Source: Botryllus schlosseri (taxonomy: Eukaryota). From it: 64,000 nt of DNA. The stretch covers positions 2,730,001 through 2,794,000 of the forward strand of contig CM119372.1 in the NCBI GenBank assembly GCA_051294905.1, read 5' to 3'. Within the stretch, counting starts at the first letter, position 1; every line of letters starts with the position of its first letter. The notes below the pieces were generated by a model. It saw only the letters and a list, made by a program, of their open reading frames with translations. It was not told the origin of the DNA and did not search any database. Shown here in pieces: positions 1 through 12,679 of the stretch. The position numbers were made by a program, and so were the translations under genes.

Positions 1-400
1 GCTGGACGACGGATTTTTTATACGACCTGCCTGTTATGTTAAGTTAGTGTTCGATTCGCTATGTAATCGCAATATGACGATAGACTTTTAAATAGAGTTA
101 TATCCACTGACTTCGACATGACACGCGAAATGTATTCGAGATTTGAATTTGGACTTGGATTCGGACCTGGAATTAGAAAACGATTTGGATTTGAAGATAT
201 TAAATTCGCACTATGCTTTATCTCACGGCACGCCGAGCTTCGAATATCCGAGTTTTTTCTCTATAGTTTCTTCAGCGATTACCAGTGAACTCGGACCTCG
301 GAGAACCCGGCCTTACAAACTCGGCCCTCGGACCTCGGTGAGCCCAGCCCTCGATGAACTCGGCCCTCGGTGAATTCCGCACTCGGGAAATTTTGTATTC

Positions 401-1876
401 ACCGGCAACCCTAATATTCCACCTCCACCAACCCTAATATCCCACCTCCGGCAACACTAATATCCCACCTCCGGCAACCGTAATATCACACCTCCACCAA
501 CCCTAATATCCCACCTCCACTAACCCTAATATCCCATCTCATCATCATTGGTTTATTATTAGCAATTTTATCAGTTCAATACACCACAAAAAATGCGATA
601 CAATGAAAAGACAGGAAGATGTCGAAGCGACAAGGAGTAGTCTATGGAATCTGACACCCACCTTGGCCTAGGCGATGTAAAGAGGAGGCATGCACACTGA
701 ATGAAAGTAAAGAAGATAGTATAGAAAAAGAAAGCGACAAGAAATAGGGCGGCATGTCATGGGAAGCGAGATCGATAGGTCAGTCGTGGTCCGGTAATCT
801 TGAGGATGGACTGTATTTATTTAGTAGTAATTGCTTGTATTTCGACTTGAATGTGGACATGCTCGTCGACTTTCGGATGGCCGGCGGGATACTGTTCCAC
901 ACATCAGGTCCGGCATATTTGATAGAGCGATGATCTTTTCGGTCGATCATATGATATTTGGACGACATGGACGCCCGTGTGTTGTACTTGTGCGCTTTTG
1001 ATTCAGAGGTAAAGAAGTCATTGAAATATTCGGGGCAACGACCGCAGTGAAACTGATACATAAACTTGGCGATTTCTAGTTTCCGCATATCTTCTATGTT
1101 TAGGACGCCGAATCTCTTCAGCAGCGACTTATTGGATGGGCAGCCAGGCCCCTTTGGGTCCCTAGCTATGATTCGGAGTACTTTATGCTGTAGTTTCTGC
1201 AGTGGCTTGAGTGCAGTTTTACTGGCAGCCCCCCAACAGAGGATGCCATAATGTAACTTCGATTGGATTAAGGATTTAAATAGTATCAGAAGAACCCATG
1301 CTGGCATGAAGCGCCCAAGGCTGTAGAACAGGCCGCACTTCGGTGATAATTTAGTTTCTACGGACTGAATATGACTCTTCCAGGACATGTTCGAGTCCAG
1401 TAAAACTCCGAGATATTTGGCATTATCTGCGTTGGAAACGGGCTGACCAGCCATATTAACGGTTAGATTATTTTTTGAATTTACTGTCAGCAATTGCGAT
1501 TTCGAGGCGTTTATGCAAAGGTTGTTCTGGGCCGTCCACTCATGGACTTTGGGCATTTGGTTACCCGTCAGGGCATCCAGCTCTGCCGTCGAAGATGCGG
1601 AAGAGAGGAGGTGAGTATCATCAGCGAACAGTGTGGTGTTCAATGAGGAGGTTTCAAAAATGTCGTTGACATATAGGGTGAAAAGGACCGGTCCAAGTAC
1701 CTCCAGCAACCCTAATATCCCACCTCCGGCAACCCTAATATCCCACCTCCGCCAATCATAATATCCCACCTCCGGCAACCCTAATATCCCACCTCCGGCA
1801 ACCCTAATGTCCCCCCACCACCAAACCCCAATATCCCCCCTCCCCCAACCCTAATATCCCACCTCCGACAACCCTA
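401..1876 (+). repeat. 23-bp minisatellite (CAACCCTAATATCCCACCTCCRS)n, split by a LINE fragment; resumes at 18885-19060
   Basis: Tandem units at 401-540, ~1700-1876 and ~18885-19060. Each unit contains the telomere-like hexamer CCCTAA. Confidence 0.9.
541..1697 (-). mobile_element. 5'-truncated CR1/L2-group LINE (C-terminal RT, 3'UTR, (ATG)n tail)
   Basis: ORF 780-1778 has VLGPVLFTLYVND...LFADDT...KYLGVLLD and a CR1/L2-like C-terminus (HKYNTR...YAGPDVWNSIP). The 3'UTR ends AATAAACCAATGATGATG. The ORF's N-terminus is read-through from the minisatellite. Confidence 0.9.
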
Positions 1877-2079
1877 CCCAGCAAACACTCGATGTCCAGT
1901 TGACTTCCGGTGGAATTGCCGGCAGGACGTCCGGTAACTTACGGCCGTCACCTCCCTGGAGTGGGTTTGTCGACAACTAGAGACGTCCTGTCTGCCCCCT
2001 GAGTACGTCCGCAATGACGTGTTGTGGACATGAAACGACTCCTCATGGACGCGGCTGACCTAGCCTGGACGTCACGTGG

Positions 2080-2240
2080 TTCCCTATGGACGCGCCTGAC
2101 GTACTGTGGACGTGACGCCACTCCCTATGGACGCCAGTCCACGTACTGTGGACGTGACGCCACTCCCTATGGACGCCAGTCCACGTTCTGTGGACTTGAC
2201 GCCACTCCCTATGGACGCCAGTCCACGTACTGTGGACGTG
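2080..2240 (+). repeat. 42-bp subterminal tandem repeat (CCCTATGGACGCCAGTCCACGTACTGTGGACGTGACGCCACT)
   Basis: About 3.5 units; explains the repetitive ORFs 2024-2368 and 2106-2471. Confidence 0.9.
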
Positions 2241-3059
2241 TTATTCGCCCCTGTTCAAGTCCTCAAGATTACCATCTCGGGACTCCCTGTGAAATACTTC
2301 ATGATCTCCATGTTTACCTTCTCCACTTCGATACCTGCTCCAACTACATGGAATCCAACATCATATAAGCTCACAAACTGTTTATATTGGGTTACTGGAA
2401 AACGACAATTGCAAATTACAAGTAAAACAATAATTAAGGAACTCTTATTATTTAACAAAGTTGAGGATTAAGTGAAAATTCGATCACAAAATTACAAATA
2501 TATGAAATAAATGTGTCACATGAATTTTGGAAATATCAGCTAGTTCTAACTAACTAACATGACAAACATTCCAATTGAGGTGCATACGAGAAATTTGAAA
2601 GAAACGTGTCAGAGGAATTTGACAAAGGACAACTGCTAAGACAATTAAAAACAGACATAAGCAATCATAAGTAGAAACTACCATTGCAAGACGTAAAACG
2701 ATGCATCGGCTGCACCGCATCATGTTAAGAGCGCGAGCGCGTATTCGTCTTTGGCAATAAACTTTGGTTGCAACAACAGGTTTCTTCTCAGTCCTTGTTT
2801 TGCCTGAAGCACAGAAAACAATGTCAGCAAATCGTATGTAGATCCACTCTTCATAGCACATGAAATATGTATCAGAACTTCATTATATATTTCCACTTGC
2901 ATTAGTTGTAATATGTCTTGTAAATCGCTACTTCTATTTGTACTTGAGTGAAAATTTATGACGATACTATGACTACTGCGTCTACTTGAGTGTGGAGAGC
3001 TCCTGAACTAGCGATACGGAGTATGCAACCAGCCAATCAAATCAACTTGTGGAAACACC

Positions 3060-3565
3060 CAGGGCTGTAATTGTAATGAGTCGGGTTACGATTTTCTGAT
3101 GACTCAGTCATTTTCTCAAAATTCGGAAATGACTCGACTCGAGTCAATCTATGTAATGACTCGGACCAAGTCATATGAATCGAGACTCAGACGGCCAAGA
3201 CCGATATTACCTTGTAATTTCGAAAAATAGTAAAGTAACCACACTATTGGTATTTCATCTAATGGTAGCGGTACTTGAAAATGCGACCAGAAACCGTTAA
3301 AGGTGAAAAAAATCAGTAGCCTATATTATAAATGTGAACCGTTGATATCACCGAACAGAGTTATAAAACGTGGATTAAACGAGAATTCAACTGGAAACTG
3401 AGCAGTCAACGCAATGGCTTGAACTTGAGTCATAACACCATGACTCGGACTCGGCCCTATACTCGTTGACTTGGACTTGACTCGGTGGTGAATTGAAAAT
3501 GACTCGACTTGACTCGAGTCAAAACTATATAAGTGAGATTGACTTGTGACTTGGCTACAACCCTG
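3060..3565. mobile_element. hAT MITE (CAGGGTTGTA TIR, GACTC-rich)
   Basis: CAGGGCTGTA...TACAACCCTG; TSD GAAACACC/GAAACATC. Confidence 0.85.
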
Positions 3566-3782
3566 GAAACATCTAAAGTACATACTTGAGTACTTTTCAG
3601 AAATTATACTTTCACATCAATTAGTTTGGACAAGACTTGTAAATCACTGCTTGTACCAGAGTGGAAATACATGGCGTTACTACTACTTCTACACCATCGA
3701 TGACACAACAAATACTTCTAATTGAGTGCTGAAAACAACTACGTTTTTGACCATCTCTGTTCAGAAGCATGCACCTACGACT

Positions 3783-4290
3783 CAGGGTTGTAACCAAGTC
3801 ACAAGTCAATCTCAATTTTATAGTTTTGACTCGAGTCAATTTGAGTCATTTTCAATTCACCACCGAGTCAAGTCCGAGTCCAAGTCATTGTGTTGACGCT
3901 CAGTTTCCAGTTAAAGCCTTGTTAACCCACTTGTTATAACTGTGTTTGGTGATATTGAATGGTTCTCAATTCTCATTCAAAATATAGCCTACTAATTTTC
4001 CTCACTTTTAGCAGTTTCTGGTCGCATTTTCGAATACAAGTACCAATAGATGAATTCCCAATAGTGTGGTCACTTTACTATACTTCGAAATTGCAATGAA
4101 ATGTTGGTCTCGAGTCATATGACTTGGTTCGAGTCATGCGCAATGACTCGAGTCCGAGTCGAGTCAATATACAGATTGACTCGAGTAGAGTCAAATCATT
4201 TCCGAATTTTGCGAAAATGACTCAAGTCAAGTCAAGTCATCAGAAAATCGGGACACGAGTCGAGTCATGACTCGATTCATTACAACCCTG
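3783..4290. mobile_element. hAT MITE, same family as 3060-3565, opposite orientation
   Basis: CAGGGTTGTAA...TTACAACCCTG; exact 8-bp TSD CTACGACT. Confidence 0.9.
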
Positions 4291-4599
4291 CTACGACTAC
4301 ATACAATAAGCCTCGACATTTCGACTGTGTCCACTTTTTGAAACTACTCACCCCAGTAGCCTACTTTTTCGAACTTAACTTTCTACTTATACTTGAAAGG
4401 TAGTTTGATGTCTTGTAAATCGCTATTGATACTTAAGTACTAACTACGACTACTCCGAGTCTCCGACCATCTTTGTTTGGAAGCGACCACCTAGAATAAC
4501 TAGGGCTGGCCAGTGGTCACAATGATTCTAGTACTTGAATCTGAATTGAGTATTAATTCCAATGATTCGAGTCGAGTAAGTGAAAGTAAATTTCGTGTA

Positions 4600-4700
4600 C
4601 AAATATAGAATCGAAATTCTAATTCTCAGTAAAGTATTATATATTTTAGTATTCGAAACTATATAATACTTTACCGAGAATTCTAATTTCGATTCTATAT
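4600..4700. repeat. ~100-bp hairpin, probable MITE relic
   Basis: ATATAGAATCGAAATT...GTAAAGTATTATATA pairs with TATATAATACTTTAC...AATTTCGATTCTATAT. Confidence 0.7.
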
Positions 4701-5247
4701 ATCACACACTGTGCAATCCTTATATTAATGAAGATTTCAAGGCGTTCGATAAGCACGGTACCCCAAATTTACCAAGATATCAATTCATTAGGGGTTAGTA
4801 GGTGACAAGATAGTGTGGTTGTTCAACTGTGTGGCCTATTTTATCTCGATATTGAATTCATGCGGCCAGCGGCCTCGGAATTTGAAAGTGGCGCGCGACC
4901 CGTTTTGAGTTGGCGACCCCTGGCATAAGCGGTGTCTTACAAAAGGCCAGGAGTGTGCCGTGCTATAAGTTGACGGTTACGGAATCAAAAATAAGAAATA
5001 TCGGCGTGGTGTAAATGACCATTGTAGTCGACAAAAACCGTGATTACCACAAATGACATTAGGATTGTGTACATCGTAAGTGCCGATAATGCATGTCTTC
5101 TCGCTTCGACGAACTACGCGTAAGCTCCACTGTCGCCTTGTGAACCACTAATTATACTGGAGTAGATGTTAACAGCGTTGCTACTACTTCTACTCAAGTG
5201 CAAACAATGATTACTTTGATCACCCTACCAACTATTGAGTATGCAAC

Positions 5248-5498
5248 GGTCTGTGGACATACGGGCATGCGACACATGAGCATGCGAGTTAAATTACGGG
5301 TTAGGGTTGAATTTAAGCTTGGGTTAGGGTAGGGCGTGGGGTCGGGATATATAGCGATTAATTTCAGTGTTATGTTTCGGGTTAGGGTTAGTTTTGGGGT
5401 TATGAAGTCACATACTGAAGTGATGCATGCTAAACTGTTCCATGCTCATGCTCAACTGTCGTTTTCCATTGTGTCGCATGCTCATATGTCGGGCAATC
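5248..5498. mobile_element. Short foldback/MULE-like element (GCATGCGACAC family) with TTAGGG-like core
   Basis: Ends GGTCTGTGGACATACGGGCATGCGACAC and GTGTCGCATGCTCATATGTCGGGCAATC; exact 9-bp TSD GTATGCAAC. Confidence 0.85.
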
Positions 5499-5714
5499 GT
5501 ATGCAACACATCGACCAAATCTACTTTTTAAAAGTAATTAATAGAGCATATTTCAGAACTTCATTTTCGACTTCCATTTCAAATAGATTTGACACACCTT
5601 GTAGCTTGTCACATCTACGTGTGTATAAATTCATGACATTACTTCAACTTCAGTACAAAAGATGATTACTTTGACCACCTCTGGTTTCTATATAGTCTGT
5701 TCAACGTTTTTTAC

Positions 5715-5883
5715 CTTCGATTGCTTTCTGAGTTTTTCCCGAGCATGGCGCAGCACCGATTTTGTAGAGTAAAAGCAACGCTTGTTCTAGGTCACAGTAG
5801 TTCTTCCAAACGATCTCGGCCCCAGTCTAGAAGGCATTCTTCGTACAGCCTGCTTGACGTTGTTGCCATCAGACATTGTCGAT
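5715..5883 (-). pseudogene. Degraded exon resembling the DUF4806-type accessory protein of animal EnSpm elements
   Basis: Bounded by tttctAG and GTaaaa. Reads MSDGNNVKQAVRRMPSRLG, then after frameshifts EIVWKNY and NKRCFYST, recalling the GG.xVKxxVRRxxxRLG..xWxxY...KxxF pattern (recognised from memory). Confidence 0.4.
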
Positions 5884-6037
5884 CTAGAAAATTTAAATGA
5901 TTAGAATAGGTTTAGTGAAGGCATTTGTCAAGAACTGAAGCCAGGTATCCATAACATCCTGTTGAAAAAACAAAAACAATGGTGTACAAGTACTAGCTTG
6001 GCACATGAGTACTCGAATCTAAATCGAGTATTGATTC

Positions 6038-6414
6038 GATTACCAGTAAACTCAGCCCATTGAACCCAGCCTACGGTAAACTCGGCCTAAACCTAAGCCT
6101 CTCCAACCCTAATCTTGGGATGCACCTAATTCACGATGTGCGATCTGATCCTTGACGTTCTGCACTCTTCGTCAACATTATACAGCTCCGTACGTTCAAT
6201 CTAACATTTTATACATCCGACATACGATACCGCCCTCAGTGGGAATAACATTCATGCGACATATCCGCCACCACCAATTCGCCATTGCCTTCAATTATTA
6301 ATACGATTCACGACATTTATAATAATTTGTATTGACAAAGTCACCATGGGCCCAGTTCACCGAAGGCCGAGTTCGATAGGCCGAATTCGTCATGGGCCGA
6401 GTTCACTGGTCACC
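6038..6414. mobile_element. Small relative of the outer foldback-like element
   Basis: GATTACCAGTAAACTCAGCC...GGCCGAGTTCACTGGTCACC with internal CCCTAA motifs; flanks ATTGATTC/ACTAATTC. Confidence 0.65.
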
Positions 6415-9400
6415 ACTAATTCTATTGATTCGAGCCAACTAGATGACTTTTTCAAGTAGGCCTTCTGAAATTATACGCTCTTTGCCACCAAGAGTACAGT
6501 TATCAATAAAATTACATCTTTGATACCATTTTCCAATGTGGAAGTAGCATACAAAATACGTAGTACAAAGCTATTCACTTTAGTGGAAATGACATATCTG
6601 TGAAGTCATGATTAACCCACAGCATAGTCACAAAGTGCAATGAAATAGGTATCGGTCGAAAATATACCAAATTATCTGTAATTTAGTGTGATATAAAACT
6701 AGCATTGCATCATTGTATGTTCTTAGTAGAAACATAAAAGATACGTTTTCAACTTTCCATAATACTCATACTGTTATGACTGTTATCAGTATAACATCAT
6801 AATGAGTGATTATCGAATACTTGACACTTAACACCAGATTCAGAATCAATCACTCTTCACTCAGGTGCTCGATTTTGCCAAGCCCTACTAATCAGAACAG
6901 AAGTGATGCAGCCAACCTGAGATATTTATGGAAATCATGTATACCAGATTAGCGTCACTGTGAATTATGGCACACTTGGATTCAACGAAACATCAGGTCG
7001 TAGAGTTACAATATCAAAATATCATGCAGCAATTCTGAGCACCACTGGCGAAATCCTGATCGGGAACCACCGTCACAGAGTCTATTTGCGCATCATTTAT
7101 GACACTTTTTTCAGGCTAATAAATCGCTGATTAATGAACATGAACAGTCATAAATCATCACTCCAACTTACATGATTCATCTTCTTAATCCATGGACAAT
7201 GCACGACTGGGATGCGTTGCTCCGAAGTTGTAAAGTACTATATAACATTGCCTGTTCCATATTTAGACTCCTGCTAAAAATGAAGCGATGTTGTATACGC
7301 AGACCCATATATGCCCCTGCCTCATCCGCATTAAGAGTCCATTGATAATAAGGGTCAATAGTGTGCTTTCTTATTCATGACAACATGACTATCAGCAATC
7401 AGTCTTCCCTAGGGCCCATCTACTTTGTGAATGTCGCTGTAATGTAGGCAATGTTATTGCCGTGCAATATATTTTGTGAATGTCGGCATAATGTCTCCGT
7501 GCAATATACTTATTGGAAGGTAATGGGCGAAATATCAAGATCAATGTCAACTCAAGGTCCGAGAAGAAGTGAAAATTCAAATGGAATAAGTATCTACTTT
7601 CACCAATTTTGAACTTTCATAATACATGACAAGGAACGCGCAAGATATCCAATGAGCTATAAATGCGACTATAATTTTTGCGACTACTATTTCTTACCAG
7701 GGATTTCAAGATATCGTATAGATAAGCTATATGTAAATTATAAGTTATCGTTATATTGCAAGTTATAAGTAAGCATTTTAAGTATGTTGCACGGCGACAT
7801 TGCCGACATTGCGACAACCCGTCTGCCCCATGAACATGTTAAAATCCATGTAGTATATAATTGGTTTAGCATTAGGGTATCATTAAATTAGGCTGAGGTT
7901 AAAGTTGGGTTAACTATAATGATTGTTCCTAGAATACCCTAACATTAAACTAATAATAAAGCCATACATTTTGACATGTTCACCGAAAACCTCGACTAGT
8001 TTCAATGGTTATAATGTTGTTGTGGACACAAGGGTAACCCTAAAAGGAGGGAACGCGGAAACTGCGGAAAACGCGGAACTCGCGGAAATGGCCCCTAAAA
8101 CGCGGAAACTGCGGAAAAGGCGGGAAACCTCGATTCCTAAAGCGCTGAAACAAGAGGAAAACGCGGAACGCGGAAGAGTCGGTCATTGACCTTTATAGAT
8201 CACAAAGTAGGCACTAAAACGAGGAAACAGCGGAAAAGGCGGAACGCGAGTAGTAGTATAGATCGGTCGTGAGGTGCGTGGGGCTCTTATGGGCCCGCTG
8301 GTGACCTGCCGCGAGACTCGTGTTGGTGACCCCCCCCCTTTGGACCCCCCCCCCCTTCCGCTGGTGACCTGCCATGCGTTCTTATGGGATCTCTGGTGAC
8401 CCCACCCTTTCAGGTATAGGGCTCGCTCATGACCTGCCGTGAAAACTCGTGTTGGTGACTCCACCCTTTTCGAGTCCCTATCGCTGATGACCTGCCGTCT
8501 CGTCGGTGATACCACTCTTTCAGGTATACGTTGTGTCGATGACCTGCCTGATAACGTTATGGGTATAGGGATCTCTGGTGATGTACCATTGTTTCTTATG
8601 GTATCTCTGGTGACGGCACCCCTTCGGGTATAGGCTGTGGCGATGATGTGCCTGCATATTGTATTCATACGGAGTCTCTGGTGATTCGCCATGTGTTCTT
8701 ATGAATGCGGTCGTGAATCGTACTTTCTGGTATAGACAACTCTCGCACGGTGTTGAATAGGTATCAGGTATAGTAAATAGTCACGTGATTGATTCTTAGT
8801 TAATGTGTATATTACAAATTATTATATATGACCGATTCGAGTTAATCCTAACGTTTACGGTGAGTAACAGCAATATATCCTTATTCTTATGGGCGCGGCG
8901 GTGATTTGTACTCTCAGGTATAGTCTGCGGTGACGTATGCAGAGACGTAGTAGTTTGATCTCGACTGCTTCGTCATGCCGTCGTTGAACGTTACGATCAC
9001 TCAGTAGAGCTCACGTGGAGACAGCATAGCATACTCCAGGTAGCATGTAGCCTACATTTGATGTCTATGGTTGCCTTTCGCATGCACATTTTGATGCAGA
9101 CTGTCTTTAAGCAGTAAGTAACGTGTCTTGAATTGATGAAATTCGTAGACGAAATGGAATCTTAAGTGTGAACAAAGACATATTCGTGTATCTTGCATTG
9201 TGTATGCTGGAGCAAGACGTTGAGAGTCACTGTTTTGAGTACTACATCCAATATGATAGGCACGTAGCAAAGTGGTGATGAGTGGTGACAACAGGGCTTG
9301 ATCATGAAATTTGTTAAATAGGTACTTTTTCGATGTGCGAGGCTTCGGTCGTGAGACTCCAATAAAACTCAGATTTAGGTCGCGATCTGAAAAGCCACCA

Positions 9401-9441
9401 GCGGAATAGCCTATATTGTTTTGCACGAATTGTGAGACTAC

Positions 9442-11125
9442 CAGTGGCGTAGCAGCCACTTGGCGGTTCTGGCTCTGCGCCAGGGGCGGCAGGCTCCAAG
9501 GGGGCGGCAAAATGAGGCTAACACAGTATACACAGCCAGCTAAAAGCAGCGTAATGAGTAGTCCTATAGCTGGCGTCCCGTGAGCTAAAATTTAATCAAA
9601 CTGGTCTCAATCGAAAGCTAGTGTCACGCTAATTCCAAAAACACGAATTAATATGTTAACATGACAATGGAACCATTCCGAAATAGCCGTCAAGGCCGCT
9701 TGTTCCTAACCATAGTTGGTTGGTTAGTTAATGCAAAGCTACTTCATTCGACACCGTATTTATGCTCGTGTCTGGAACTTCATCTGACCATTGGCGTTTC
9801 AATTGCGAGCAGTGCGAGGAGCTTCTCAAAGCTCAAACTGATTAAGTCTTATTTATGTTCTACCATGAATGATGATCGGCTACCAGCTCTATCGATTCTG
9901 TCTGAAGCAGTGGTTCTCAACCTTTTTGTCTTCGCGAACCCCTTTTGAAACGCCGCAGATCCCCACGGACCCCCTCAAGTTTTCGTTCATAATTAGCTCA
10001 ATTATCGTGCAACCGTCACCTGTCTCGTGCAAACATTGATTGTAGGCTAGTAATAAACAGCCAGGAAATAAATTTTATTCAAAATAACATCACACTATAT
10101 GTCGAAACTGGGTAGACTTTTAATATTTCGAAACGAATTTTCCACCTGTATTTATTATCTTGAAAATCCTCGTCTTTGATTGGATATGAACGAGTGCCGA
10201 AAATCCATTTCCACAAAGATATATTGGTGGCAAATGTAATATCAACGCGTAACGCTTCTCGACGACAGCTTTTGGTGTGTGTTTGTAACAAACATATCAT
10301 GTCCACGCAGCTTATAGTCATTTCTATCTAACATCTCATCTTGAAGGTATTTAGTGGTTATATCACAGGAGAAAATGGATTTCATAGCGCGGTTTCAATT
10401 CCTTCATTGGGACAGATCAGGGAAAAAGTTCAGGAATTTCTATTTCAAACGACTGTTTACAAATTTGCTGAGACTGACAACTGCAAATCCAAATTGCTAT
10501 CTCCAACATTTAATTTTTCATAAACCTTAACAAAACATTTATAAACAGCAATATGTTTGCATCGGCATGCCATTGGTAAGTTGACAATAAAATGAGTTTG
10601 CACAGTCGGATATTTCATCTCAGACGACCATATTAATCACGTGAGTCCTGAAGTTTTAGTAATTATGAAGCGAAAACTGTCCCATGCTTTTCCCAATTAA
10701 AAACAATGTAAATTAGGTTACCAATGACTTTACAAATTTAGAGGCTTCGCGGACCCCCTGAAAATGCTTCGCGGACCCCCGGTTGAGAACCACTGGTCTA
10801 TAGAAAGAGACTACGTTCAAAATCTTGCATTTGTGGATATTATCGCTGATTATGCTTCGGCAAAGCCCGAAAAGTTAAGTTTTGGGGCGGCTATTGATTT
10901 TCTATTTGCACAAGACATTCGTTCGCTATTTCTTGTCTTTAATATTTTTGGCCTTATTAACGTTGTGACGGTGAGGCTGAGACGCGGCATATTATTTGTA
11001 TTTATTTTTATTGACAAGATTGATTGAACATGAATATATATGTCGAAATTAGCTGCGGTCTACTTAGAGGGGGGCGGCATTTTAAGCGAGAGCCAGGGGC
11101 GGCAGCACATGCTGCTACGCCAGTG
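9442..11125 (+). mobile_element. Non-autonomous hAT element with a C-terminal dimerisation-domain remnant
   Basis: TIR CAGTGGCGTAGCAGC / GCTGCTACGCCAGTG; TSD GAGACTAC. Peptide SIASSARSFSKLKLIKSYLCSTMNDDRLPALSILS continues as IERDYVQNL after the nested MITE. Confidence 0.88.
9908..10795. mobile_element. hAT-Charlie-type MITE nested in the hAT element
   Basis: CAGTGGTTCTCAACC...GGTTGAGAACCACTG; TSD GTCTGAAG/GTCTATAG. Relatives at 12373-~12680 (truncated) and 28628-30436. Confidence 0.88.
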
Positions 11126-12679
11126 GAGACTACCGGACTTATTTCAGTTAAATCTGTTAGGATTTGAGTATATTCGCTTCATCCCCAATCAGAACGCCAA
11201 GAAACACGATCCCATACATGATATTTCTTGTTTCAAATTATCGCGTTTACCATGTACGGCTAGCGATATCTTTCGTACTAGGCCTATTGCAGATGCGATT
11301 GTGTAGGCCAGCGATGATATCGTGCACACAGGGCCTATTGCAGATGTGATTATTCGAGCCAGCGGAACTAGGCTTGTTGAAGACGCGATAAATCAGGCGC
11401 GGCAATGAATGCCCTGATTTCACAATCATCTCAGCTGGCGATCGTTTCGCGTACGTTGTGCAGTGCAATCCGCACGGACATATCTCGCTAATTGGCAAAA
11501 ACGCCTTTCGTTAATTGGGCGACGGGCGTGCGCAACACTGATAATACGACTTATTGAATTGCAATCGAGTATTAGCGGCAGAATGGTAATTTGAAATTGA
11601 CGAGGTTTCGCGTTTAAGGAGGGGGTTTCGCGTTTCTAAAGGAGGGGTGTGAGTGCTGATGTTTTCGTAGCTGACCTCCAGAGACTAGTCGCTCTTATGG
11701 GTATGGACCCTGCTGCTTCTGAACCTATAGTAGCCTAAAGTGCGCTTTTGTGACAGGGCTGCCGATCGATATGGCATGGCAGCCAAATTCTCTTGCTGAA
11801 ATTAAGAAACTGAAAATTGGTTAATTGGTGATAAGAGCTAGAATGATTTATATCACCAGCCGTATTAATGCTTCGTTGTAGAAATGGCCATGTTTTATTA
11901 GATAAATAAATTTCAAATCTTTGTCCGGTGTCCAATACTCCTCGCAAAACAGCTACGTTCAAGCTGTGTTTCGCTAACTAAGCATAACCAGACATCAACA
12001 AGTAGGCTACATTGCTGTTTGACATAAGGCACAGCAGCGATTATTATCCTCCTTCCGCGATGTAGCGGTGTCTGGTGCGTATGTGATAGCTTGACAAATA
12101 GCTTGACAAATAGCATGGCGGGGGGTTCTTTCAATCATAGAGTATAATATTTATGATTACATCAAGTCTCTAATTACCACCTCTGTATAATTCGTTTCGC
12201 AATGAGGAGCAAAGCGAATGCTTGTAATATAAGAATGAGCAGTGGAGTTTAAAAATCTGACGTTTTTGCTACCAATGAACTAATATATTATCGCACTATG
12301 CCTTGTTGACGAATATTCAGTATATTATGTCATCGTCCATGTACAAGTGAAAATGAAATCGTTCTTCTACAACAGTGGTACTCAACGTTTTTGTCTTCGC
12401 GGACCCCTTTCGTACCGTGACGGACCCCGCGGACCCCCTCAAGTTTTATTTCAATTTTAACTCAATTATCGTGCAACCGATATCTGTCTTGTGCGAATAT
12501 CAATTCAAGGCTATTGATGAACAGCAACGAAATGACCGTTCTTGAAAACAATATCATACGATATGTAGAAAATAGCGACTTTAATTATTTTGAAGGGACT
12601 TATGCAGCTGTATTTCTTATTTCTTGAAATATGTGGCCGTGTCTTGAAAATTCACGTCTTCGATTTGATATGAACGATT

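Noticed and set aside
401..540. True telomere or subtelomere
   Set aside because: CCCTAA occurs only inside a 23-bp unit within a TIR element; there is no pure hexamer array.
2024..2471. CRISPR-like or repeat-protein appearance
   Set aside because: Head-to-tail 42-bp tandem repeat with no unique spacers and no cas genes; eukaryotic context.
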